Below are positions 52,761 to 64,000 of a stretch of DNA of 64,000 nt, piece by piece. Position 1 is the first letter of the stretch; each line of letters opens with the position of its first letter. This DNA comes from Asterias rubens (lineage: Eukaryota): NCBI RefSeq assembly GCF_902459465.1, contig NC_047072.1, forward strand, positions 15,066,001 through 15,130,000. Reading direction: 5' to 3'. The notes below the pieces were generated by a model. It was given only the letters and a program-made list of their open reading frames with translations, was not told where the DNA came from and ran no database searches. The position numbers were made by a program, and so were the translations under genes.

Positions 52761-55700
52761 ATGTATTTTTTACCTGTTGTACACACATTTTACTCACTAT
52801 TGTTATTCTTCTTGTATGTAATCATGATGTTTAAACCTCTTGGTAAAATTTCACTTCATCATATGCTGCCGCAAAACATTCTTTTTCACCAACGAACTGC
52901 TGACGAACGACTGTTATGCCGATTCTTGTATTTTTAACGGTGGACTTACATAGCGCCCTCTACGAGTAAAGTAAGCTCAACAGTTAGATATGTATGTTTT
53001 AAAAGGTAACTGTTAGCTGCGATCTTGCTTTTAATTACCTACGTAAACCTACGTTGTTGACATCTAGAGGATCGCGGTACTAATTACCTTTTAGTAGCAG
53101 CAAGTGGAATAGATTCTGCCAACGGTGTCTCAAATGGCGCCCTCTTGAGTAAACGTTGAGCCACGTTATAACTGTTGTATCTCTACGCCAGTGAACCGAA
53201 AGAAAATAAAAGTTAAAATTAAATGACTCATTGTGACAAATTAGCAGATATTTTTTGTAAAGATATAAAACATGATATTTTTAAAGCATTACGTACATTG
53301 GCAACTATTAAATGAAATCAACCACTACCGGACTACACTTTTTCAACCATGCATGGATCACTTCCTAAAATTAGTGGTGATGAGGCGATCAGAGACATCC
53401 ATAAAAACCATAGACTTGTTTTCGTACGAAACAGTTTGATTATCTCCTTAAAATTTCTCTAAAATGAGGTATGTGCTCATTAAAATATCACCAAATGATA
53501 CGTTTTATATGTGGTTGTGTAATTGTCAATCGTCACAGGTTTCTCGTCGCTTACTTGTGCCATTCAGCTTTCGCTGACTGATCTGAACACCAACTGGCAA
53601 TGGCAACCTCAAACTACCTTCTTTTATTTCTACTACTACTAGGCCTACAACTTCTAATGTTATTCTTTAATGTTTGTCAATTTCATCTTTGTATTTTGTA
53701 ACCATTAATCTGTTCAGGTGGAGCCCCATTTCTAGGAGATGAGCAGCGTTTATATCAGCGACTGTTTCTAAAGAAACCCTACTACAACAGCCAGCTGCGA
53801 CCTCTGAAGAATAACTCGGATCAAGTCGTCGTACAGTTCACCATGTTGATCAAGCAGATTGTTGACATTGTAAGTTGTATTTTCAACATCAGTTTATAAA
53901 ACGAAATTAAGTAGACTGACATTCCAAGGAAAGACAATTTCTCTTTGTTTCAATGTTGTGGAGCACTGTCTACAAATCCCGGCCATATCTCGCTGGGCCT
54001 TCGCACCACGGCGCGATGCCCCCTTTCGTTCAATGTTGACTCTCTCTGTGAGGTTCGTCACTGTGCAGTGTCTGTGTGCCATCAATATGGGGAAAGAATG
54101 TTTATAGTCATGTTGCGAGTGGGTGGCCCAAGCATTTTGGCCGGGATTGTAGTAGGCACTCATCACGTAGTCATTATACATATTCTGACCCTAAAGAAGT
54201 GAGAGTAAAAGAGTAGACGATTTCTGAGAAAATGTCAATCATATTAATTTAATTATTTTTAGTGTTAAATATTGTTTCAGTTATGTGAATTGCTTTTTAC
54301 AATTTACTGTCACTGTTGGGTCACTGTATCCTAGAATCGAGGACCAACAATGTTATCGTTAAATCAAAGAGAGGTAAGACTTTATACGCTTTTATTAAAC
54401 CTTACTTAAGGTATTGGTCTAAATGATGGAAACATTAATAGCATGATTTTTGATTTTCATAAATTCTTTAAACAGGACGAGCGGAATCAGATAATGAAGA
54501 TGAACATCATACTACAGCAGAATTGGAGAGATCACTGGCTACATTGGGATCCTGATGACTATGGAGGATTGATGGAGTTAAGAGTCCCTGCTTATGATGT
54601 CTGGCTCCCAGACACAACACTTTATGACACGTACGCTTTGTTTATTACACTTTCTAGTTCCAGGATGGTGACAAGCAGAAGTTACCAGGTTTTGGTCTTT
54701 CACAGATTTGTGGTGTAGAAAAAAGGTGTATTCCTGATGAATAAAGAAGCCCTACTACACTACCCCCAAAAAAGAAATCAAATGAGTAAATGTTGGAGCT
54801 AATGTACCCAAAGCCACACCCTCCTGAAGCTGTAACTGTGTACTTGATATTAATGATAGTCACTCCAACACTACTCTAAGCAAATGAATAAAATACTTGT
54901 TAATACTTGTTGATTTGCAACCAATTGTTTTCTTACAATTAAATTGTAAACTTTTGATCACATTATCATAATTCTTGAAAACTTTCCAGACCTGTAATAT
55001 TCAAAAGGTGACGGATTTGAGTTTCCACCGAAAGTTTACAGTTATATACATTTTCAAGTGTTGTAATCAAAAATTTACCATAAAATTGTATCCAATTTAT
55101 ACCAACTCAGATGAAGTTTCAATTTTTTTTCCTCATTTTAAAGCGGCAAGGAACTGTTTGGGTTGATTTGGAAAAAACCCTGATCAAACCAAACTTTAAA
55201 ATGGTTTTTAAAAGCATCACTGTTATTTATTATTGCAGAGCGGACACAAACTCGGCCTATGCTGGCATCACAGGCACAAATGTTGTACTGAGACATGATG
55301 GATTAGTGCAGATGAAAACCAAACCTTACATACAACGTAGCACATGCCACATCAAGATTCGCTTCTTTCCTTTCGATGAACAGAAATGCCAACTGAAATT
55401 TGGGCTGTGGACATATGACTGGAATCATGTAGATCTACAAAACTCAACAGCAGGACCAGACAAATCGCTGTATTTAGAGAATGAGCAATGGGACTTGATG
55501 TATTCATGTTTCAAGAGGAATCTTGAGAGCTACATATGTTGCCCAACTAAGTATGTGGATGTGACGCTTTTCGTTGGCATACGCAGGAAGCCTCTGTACT
55601 ACATGTACAAGTTGGTGATGCCGATTGTTCTACTCTCTGCATTGTCTATGGTGGGTTTCCTGATGCCTTATAATGTGGGTGTGGTCAAGGCAAACCTCAG

Positions 55701-57472
55701 CATCACTCTTATCTTGTCAATGACTGTCTTCCTACTTCTGGTGGCTGAGACTATTCCTAAGACATCAGAAGGACTTCCACTTATCAGTAAGTATTCGTCT
55801 CGTTTGGATTCATTGGAGATGTCTCAGACATTTTGTACTTGTAATGTCACAGTAACATTACAACGCACTAACTTCACAGTCCTTTTTACAATCAAACCCC
55901 TCAGGTGAATACAGTTTAGTAGCTTTTTGTCCCCCGAGAGATAAACTTACATAAACACTTAACAATCATTCCTAAACCTTTGATAGCTGAAGTGTGACCT
56001 TGCAGGAACAATCATGTTGCAGCTGTGTTCCTTTCACTCATCCTCCACCTCACAATCTAATATGTTCCCATCACATTGACATTTTAATCTTATTTGCACA
56101 TCATCAACTACAGGTGAATACTACCTAAGCATCATGTTCCTCATAGCAATCTCAACAGCGATGAACATCACAGTTCTAAACATTTTCCACCGTGGGGAGG
56201 ATGGTAGTGTTGAGGTGCCTCAATGGCTCCGAACGTTGGTGCTCAAGTACATGGCTAGGATCATGTGTATGGATTGTAAGGGTGAATATTTCCTGACCAG
56301 ACCCAATGAGCCCAAGATTGACCAAGCACGACTGGCAATGCTCAGGAAACAAAGATGGTTCAATGCAAGGTGAACAGGAGTTGATTCATTCTTAAAAAAA
56401 TGGAGACTCAATGAAAGTGGGAAAGCCCCTCCAAGTCTACTTTCATGTTTCAAGTTTCAACATGTTCACTTATTTAGTGGAACTTCCCTAATGCCAAACA
56501 ATTATGCAGTTATTTTTCATAGAATCACAGGGATTGTAAGCAGTATTATATTGGGTCATCGTGTGCAAGATGTAGAGATTAATTTCAGAACATTAGTTTG
56601 GGAAACCATAGTCAAACTGTTCTTTTTTATCTTCACATTTTCAATTCAATTCAATTCAATTCAATTTTTATTGGTCCTACCATGGAGGAAATTCAGTTTG
56701 AATACATGCAATTTGAACCTGACATTAATCACAAATTTGACAAGTTCAACGACTACACATTGTGATCATTGGTAAATTGGAAATATTTTCATAATCATAG
56801 TGTACAAGTCTACTTCGGAATACAACATTCATTTCATTCTCAGAGATGTCAACATTAATTGCATCTTGCAATCAATGAGATCTTGTGTAGCAATCAAGGA
56901 GATATTGATGGTTCAACATAACTGGGAAAACATTCCCACATCAGATCAGGGAGGATTTTCATAAGATAAGTTAATTTCCAAAGTACTCTCTGGGTGAGTT
57001 GGCAGATCTGTATACACTGCAGAAATGGCTTAACATTTTGAATGATAAAAACTTACCTCATTTCATTTGCTACTTGCTCAGGTATGGCACATCGTATACA
57101 CCGCTAATTCAAGACTCATCGAGGATGAATAATGATGGCATGCAAGGAGGCTGCAGTAATGGCCACAATGCACAAGCTGAGTTAGACCACTTTGTTGAGA
57201 ATCTTGGAGAATCTGACAACATAAGACTAACCAAGATGGAATCCAACGTCTATGGAATCCTCAGACAGATCCGTTCAGTGCAGAAAAAGAGTGACCGCAC
57301 AGGCAGAGTGCATAGAGAATGGGCCTTGGTGGCCACAGTAACTGACCGCTTGCTGTTCTACATCTATGCCTGCTTTACAGTTGCAATGTCTGTCATAATC
57401 TTACTAGTCAACCCAACTTTAGACGTCCATGATGGAGCTGTATGCGGTACCACAGAAAGTGAGGCAGCATAA
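52761..57472 (+). CDS. Nicotinic acetylcholine receptor alpha-type subunit (Cys-loop receptor), ~527 aa, 6 exons
   Basis: Exons 52761-52842 (signal peptide, least certain), 53718-53869, 54476-54630, 55239-55786, 56114-56369, 57082-57472 (1584 nt, phases consistent). WLPDTTLYD (loop A), Cys-loop CHIKIRFFPFDEQKC, loop B GLWTYD, loop C YICCPTKY with vicinal cysteines, M1-M3, MA helix EWALVATVTDRLLFYIY and M4. Confidence 0.93.
56640..56665. repeat. (TTCAA)n microsatellite
   Basis: Five consecutive ttcaa units in the last nAChR intron. Confidence 0.85.
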
Positions 57473-59465
57473 CTTAAGTTTTAAACATACACAAATACAT
57501 GTACACCCATATCAATGTTGTAGCCCTGGAAATAATTCACTTGGGCCTTTGTTATAACATGGATACCTAATTGGTTCAACTGTAGTCTGGATAGTCTACA
57601 CTTAACAGTTTACAATTGTCCAGGTCAAATCAATTTTGGGGCCCAATTTATGTAAAAGATGACCAACTTCAAACTCGACTTCTGTATTACAGCAAACCCT
57701 GGTACTTTTTTAATTGGCTATAAATGCAATGCATCTTTACAACAAATCTTCTTTGGAAGAAAGTCTTCAAGACCTTATGGTTGGTAAAATGTCAATCAAG
57801 CTTTTGATTCAAGATGACATGCTTAAATTCACTGCATCAAAGTCAGACAAGGAATTCACTGCTGAATTTTATGAGAACTGAAAAAGTTAAACTTGCATCC
57901 CAATTGGGAGGTCGACCCAATATGCCATTTAGTGGAATCATAAATCTTGCTTGGCTACTTTTTGTGTTTAAGAAAATATAGCTGAACAGTTCTCTACTTA
58001 GCAAGAATATAAGCACGAAACCAATCACAAAAGGTACATATCTTATTATGGCAAGCACATTTGCATTGTGCTTAGCTACTTTTTGTGCGTAAACAGCTCT
58101 ATGCATTGGGCCCTGATTATTATTCATATAATTAGCATTCCAATAACAGGCGTTTAATGAAGATGTAAGATTGTGGTGGTAATGTCAAACCTGGTTCTAT
58201 GAGTTTTTAATCTTTTAACTTTATATTTATGTCTTAGTTTCTTTACAGTGTTCCACATATACATGAACATTTTAACAAAAATGTTTATTAATTTGTAAAC
58301 AAAGGGTGGATTTTATGTAATTGCTTTGCAGAGTTGTCAGTTACATTGCTTAACCGTCTTTCAATTTTCAGGGGTGAAAACCATTTTAGTTTACAATTTG
58401 TATATTTTTTATAAATTTGAAAGAAAGAAAAACTCCCACCATTTATGCAAGCCCTGTAAGGCTCTTGCATTTTGTAAATAATGTATAATTTCAATAAATA
58501 TCTGTAATCTGCGTGTAAGGATTTATGTACTCAAACTACTAAGAAAATCACATAATGAAGCTATTTTAATAGAGTGGAAGTAACAACTTGAAGCATTAAT
58601 TGTTGTGTACAAACATTCCACTTGATCATCAACCAAGTTCATCTTTGAGTTTGTGTTTTAGTTTTAATTACTTTTGGTGCAAGTTTTGGATCACAGTGAA
58701 ATGATGTTCCTTGATCATTCTTACCAAACTATTTACTACTGGCACAGTCGGTGGTTTGTTTTGTGTTTTTTATCTCACAATCTTGACATAATTTTAGATT
58801 GACTTCACATATTGTTTTTGTGTCCAATAGGCAAATGGCCTTACCTAAAATGAAAAATGGCTCAGCATTATTTTGATGGCTACATATTTAATAACAGAAA
58901 ACACCAATGTCAATCCTTTGTCTTTTTGTTTTCAGGTACAGCATTGGTTATGTAGATAGAAAAAATGCAACTTTAACAGCGAAAATGTGGCGTATTGATA
59001 CTTTTCTTCCCCATGCCCCCAGAGTCAATCTCATGTTTGCCGAGGGAGTTTTCGTTTTGGGTGACGGATGGTTCTGCAATAGTAAAAATGTACACCACCA
59101 CCGTCCGCTGTATCAAGTATCCATTCTACGGACAACCCATTGATTTTTCAGGCTGATGAACTTTTAGTTGATCACATGAGCAAGTTCAGTATGCGGACTG
59201 CGCATGTATGAATATTTATCAGTATGTTGAAACACCAAACGTCAGTTTTAAGCAAAACGTAGAATCATTCCAGGTACTGTCATAGAAATTGACGGGCGAC
59301 TGTCCTCAAAGTTGACGCATGCGCCGATAACTCAATGTGTAGTTTTCACCGTCGTAGAACCATCCATCATCCACAAACTCCCTAATCACAAACAGGAGAC
59401 CATTGTGGTGAAGGGAGGGGGGGGGGCGGAAAGGCAGACTAAGATAAATCACCTGGGGCAGTGGG

Positions 59466-59817
59466 TTAAAGGAACACGTTGCCTTGGATCAGTCGTTGAA
59501 AAGCGTATGTAACTGTTTGTTATAGAATGCATATACATGTACATGTAATTAGAAAGATATTTTAAAAGTGGAATATAATGATTCACACAAGTATCACTCC
59601 AAATTGCGTGGTTTTCCGTTTACCTCGTCGACAAACATGGTCGGCCATTTATGGGAGTCAATTTTTTTACTCAAATGGCCGACCATGTTAGTTCGCAACT
59701 GTGTGTGGATCATTGCATTCTACTTTAACATCTTTCTACCCATATGCAATTTATAACAAACGGTTACAAATGCTTTTCATAGACCAACTCGACCGATCCA
59801 AGGCAACATGTTCATAA
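59466..59817. mobile_element. TTAA-type MITE family D
   Basis: ttaaaggaacacgttgccttggatc ... gatccaaggcaacatgttcataa terminal inverted repeats. Confidence 0.75.
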
Positions 59818-60037
59818 CCTGTAACATTTCTGCTTCCAAAGGTCCTATGCTGTACCTTCCTTTAAACATTATGTTTCTCCCTAGTTGACTATCACTGTGT
59901 CGTGAACATAAATGCACAACGTAAACTGTAACAAATTTAAATTTCCAGCAAGTATTTGTTTCAGTAAGTAAATAAAAAATGCCTTTGCTTTTATTAAATG
60001 ATACCAGAGTGTTGCTTACATTTGTTATAGATTATAT

Positions 60038-60419
60038 TTAAAGACACTGGACACTATTAGTAATTGTTAAAGACCAGTCTTCTCACTTGCTGTATCTCAA
60101 CATATGCATAAAATAACAAACCTGTGAAAATTTGAGCTCAATCAGTCATTGATGTTGCGAGATAATAATGAAAGAAAAAACACCCTTGTCACACGAAGTT
60201 GTGTGCTTTCAGATGCTTGATTCCGAGACCTCAAATTCTAAATCCGAGGTATAGAAATCAAATTCGTGGAAAATTACTTCTTTCTCGAAAACTATGGCAC
60301 TTCAGAGGGAGCCGTTTCTCACAATACTATCAACAGCTTCCCATTACTCATTACCACAAAGTAAGTTTTTATGCTAATTAATATTTTGAGTAATTACCAA
60401 TAGTGTCCACTGCCTTTAA
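60038..60419 (-). mobile_element. TTAA-flanked MITE family A
   Basis: ttaaagacactggacactattagtaatt ... aattaccaatagtgtccactgcctttaa, reverse orientation to the other copies. Confidence 0.9.
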
Positions 60420-60777
60420 ACCCCAAAATGAAACACAGCCTGATACTTCACAGAGAGGCTAACTGAGCCAAACTGCCTTGATGCCCCTAGAACTTTACAT
60501 TTCACAGAAGAGCACTTAACGATGTTGAACTGCCTTGATATTTACCAGAATGAGTATCAGGTCGGCCAACAACCTAATCCTTAAATTAAGAAAAAGACAA
60601 GAAAGAAACTTGATGACACCATCTTTGTCAGTATTTCAACCGTGAACTGGCTTTTTATTCATATTTGTACACAACCAAGAATGAATAAGAAGTAATTATG
60701 AGCTTCTTGAGTGAAGGGAGACGAGTTTACCAGGATTTGATATTGATGACTAGTGAATGATTATCGGATGTTAAAGT

Positions 60778-63106
60778 TTATCTTTTGCCAGAGACACGTG
60801 GCGCTTTGACCTTGGGCATCTGGGCTGCCTTTTGCTTCACTGGCTTGGCCGTCTGTGAAAAAGAAAAGAAAGTATAGTGTCATAACAAGGAAAATCCAAA
60901 CAAGCATAAAAATACAGGGTAACATTAACAGAACAGTCAAAATAAGGAAACTATTGTAATGGAACATGTGCAACCAAGGGGAAATAAACCAACCCAACAA
61001 GCTCTGCCTGTTAGTGCAATAAATCACTGCAAAACAAAAAGTATGTGGTAAAAAGCATTTTATACTTGATCCCTCGTGCAAATTGTTACAATCTCTTTAA
61101 AAGTCCCAAACATTGCAAAATGCAAAGAAGTTTTGATGATTGCTGTCTTGTGCATTTTGTTTGTGACATGATGTATATGTGTTCAACCCTAAAATGGTCA
61201 CATGAATATACAATGTAGGCGGAGCTTTATGGATAGGTTTATTGTTAGCGCTGTTAAGCACATGAATGGCACATCAATGGCACAAGCACAAAAATGGTTT
61301 TGATTATAACGAACGGTTAACCAGCCAAAACGAGAAAAAAAAATTAAAGACCTGCTTGAACGAAAATGTCAAATCATGAACGAAAATGTCAAGTCATGAA
61401 CTTTGCTGAATTCCACTTAAAATGTTTTTGATGAATAAGGAAATCGAGTCATATGATTATAAATAGGTTTCAATTGTGTAAAAAAACAATCATTTTGTAT
61501 GCCCTTGTTCAGAGCTTTTCTGCGAGATTTGCGAAAAGCCCCGTTATGTAATCACTCTCAAAACGTCATAAGTAGATAAAGCCGCTTTGTTGCAGCATGG
61601 ATGTATAACAAAGCAAACTCCCACAAATGACGTCAGCGGCATTGTCCTTTGACGCCCGCTCTCAACGGCAGAAGTGTTTTTAGTTTTTCAAAAAACCTTT
61701 AGGTAGGGGCCTGATTTTTTACTCGATAATTACGAAAAGTTCAGAAGTGTACACATATCAAAATTACATTAAAATGGTGAACAAGTGCATTATAAACAAG
61801 TAAAATCACCATTTCTGTTGAAAACATTCCGCTCAGGTAGCTGTTTAAATGTGCAGTTTGTGACTGTCCCCTGCTTATTTACGCATAGTTGGCATTCTCC
61901 ACTAAGCAGCAACGGATTGTCCCCCTTGACAAAAATGGGGGTTGTGCATGTGTTCAACAATTCAGGGCCAGTTACGTAGAGCTGCCTAAGCCCAAAGTGC
62001 CCAAGCACAACAAAATGATGCTTTACAGAAAAAAAATTACAGTAATTATCAACCAAACATTATTCTACATCTAAAATCTATTACTGGTATCGTGCTTATG
62101 TTTGCTTGGTATAATTTGTGCAAGTAATAGTTGATGCTAAGCAGCTCTTTGAAACTGTGCCCTGGATAACCTTGGCTACCAAAGTAAGCTTATTCTAAAA
62201 GTTCATTGCTTTGAAGTGTGAAAGAAAAAGTCCACACAGGTATTCAGAGTTAAAAAACACTCAAGACCTACACAACAGTCCATTATTTTAAGGGATACTG
62301 TGCTAGCCCTGAGCTTGAGCAATTTAAGTCAAAATAATAAAAACGATAAAAGAAAAACAGATGGATCTTCTGCACATAAAAGCAGCCTTGATACTTCACT
62401 AAGCAACTGCCTCCATGCCCCTAATCATTGCCTAGGTGTAGGGGTATAAATTAACAGTGGCCCCGCTGGCCCAGACAAATGATGGGACAGTGAAAACAAA
62501 TTATCTTCCTAAAAATATCGCTGAATCCTTCTGGACTGTCCAGCAAGCTACATGTCCGATGAGATTTTTATGGTTAGGATTTAAAGGCAGTGGACACTAT
62601 TGGTAATAACTCAAAATAATTATTAGCATAAAACCTTTCTTGGTGACGAGTAATGGGGAGAGATTGATGGTATAAAACGTTGTGAGAAACGGCTCCCTCT
62701 GAAGTGCCATAGTTATTGAGAAAGAAGTAATTTTCCACGAATTTGATTTCAAGACCTCAGATTTAGAAATTGAGGTCTCAAAATCAACCATCTAAACGCA
62801 CACAATTTCGTGTGACATGGGTGTTTTTTTTATTTCACTTTTATCTCGCAAGTTCGACGACTGATTGAGCTCAAATTTTCACAGGTTTGTTATTTTAAGC
62901 ATATGTTGAGATACACCAACTGTGAAGGCTAGTCTTTGACAATTACCAATAGTGTCCACTGCCTTTAACCGTTACAAAAAAATACCCCAAAGTGCCGCAA
63001 AATGCATACCCTATTGCGATCATGATGTACACAGTTCTTTGAACTTACCTTCTGTTGTGATGCTTTCTTTGAAGCACTGTTTGCCTTCGCCTTCTCCTTT
63101 GCAGCT
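60778..63106 (-). CDS. RPL24: 60S ribosomal protein L24 (eL24), last two coding exons; 5' part beyond window
   Basis: Exons 63049-63106 (AAKEKAKANSASKKASQQK) and 60778-60852 (TAKPVKQKAAQMPKVKAPRVSGKR*). The C-terminal APRVxGKR is diagnostic of eL24. AATAAA on the minus strand at about 60654-60659. Confidence 0.9.
62581..62968 (+). mobile_element. TTAA-flanked MITE family A in RPL24 intron
   Basis: ttaaaggcagtggacactattggtaat ... attaccaatagtgtccactgcctttaa, full length. Confidence 0.92.
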
Positions 63107-64000
63107 CTGTTAAGTTAACATTAGAAGAAGAAAAAAATCATGTTTAAAATAAATCATCAGGAAATGTCTGGCAAATGAACACAATACAAATAAGACAATA
63201 GACATTTTTTAGAATTGTTGTCCATGTGGTGAGAAGTATCAGTTAAGTATCAGTTAAGTTTAATACCTAAAAAATTGATGTTGGACTAGACAGACCATTA
63301 ACCACACTCAAGTTGGAAGGTACACACTAACAGCTTTGTCAATTTAGTATTTCAATAATCGCAGAGTCAGTCATTCATTTTTGTGCGCATTAATGAACAG
63401 AGTTGACTGCACCCCAATAGTACACTACTACTGGGTCTCCTCCTCCATTTGACCTTTAACACCCAACACCCAACTCCCCACCAACCAAGGGCGTCGATCG
63501 CTATTCATTACCTTTACGTTTAGATGCTGTGTTACACGTCTTCCCTACTTTTTGTTTGACAAGGAGGCGAGTTACAGGGGGTGATAATTAACAATAACAT
63601 CATCCGATGGAGTTTGGGAACTTGTTTCCCTCATGTAAAACCGAGATTCTATCAAATTCAAACATCGTATGCACAGTCTTTTTTAATTGTAACAACATCG
63701 CAAAAGATTATTGGGTAAAATTTCAAGAATTCTTTATGTTTTTGTTTCCTTTCTTTTTCTTTTATTTTAAGATATTTTACCTTCAAATTTACTACATTTT
63801 TTTACCGCGTGTACAATGTATCAGTTGGCCTGAGCCAAAATTCCCGTCCGGCGCAATGGCTCAATGCAACAATCAATGCTCTTTCACACCATTTAAAAAC
63901 ATTTTGATTTAAAGGGCCTTTGTATTTGCTATAGCTGTCTTTATTTAATATGTTTACTTGTATATACTGTTTTTGTGAACATTATTGTCTTTGAATCTTG

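Noticed and set aside
60853-64000. Intronic snoRNA in RPL24
   Set aside because: No correctly oriented and spaced C/D box pair or H/ACA structure was recognisable by eye. An Infernal scan is needed to exclude it fully.

Overview
Intron-rich, AT-rich animal genomic DNA. Repeat families and gene architecture suggest an invertebrate deuterostome, probably a sea star (inference, not verified). Six genes were assembled by hand with GT-AG junctions and consistent phases: AFG1L/LACE1 (minus, 3' end runs off the left edge), SNX3/12 (plus), PPIL6 (minus), CRYL1 (plus), a nicotinic acetylcholine receptor alpha-type subunit (plus) and the last two exons of RPL24 (minus, 5' part beyond the right edge). 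The ~27 kb between CRYL1 and the nAChR has no complete gene I could build. It holds an isolated signal-peptide + Fn14/TWEAK-receptor-like cysteine-rich exon, decayed LRR-like reading frames and several tandem duplications. Mobile DNA includes TTAA-flanked (Kolobok-type) MITEs of four families, tRNA-derived SINEs and a tRNA-bearing element with terminal direct repeats. Best leads: the Fn14-like single-CRD TNF-receptor exon, the nAChR lacking the cation-selectivity glutamate, and the AFG1L-SNX3 head-to-head pair near PPIL6, as on human 6q21. All coordinates were read by eye and no searches were run.
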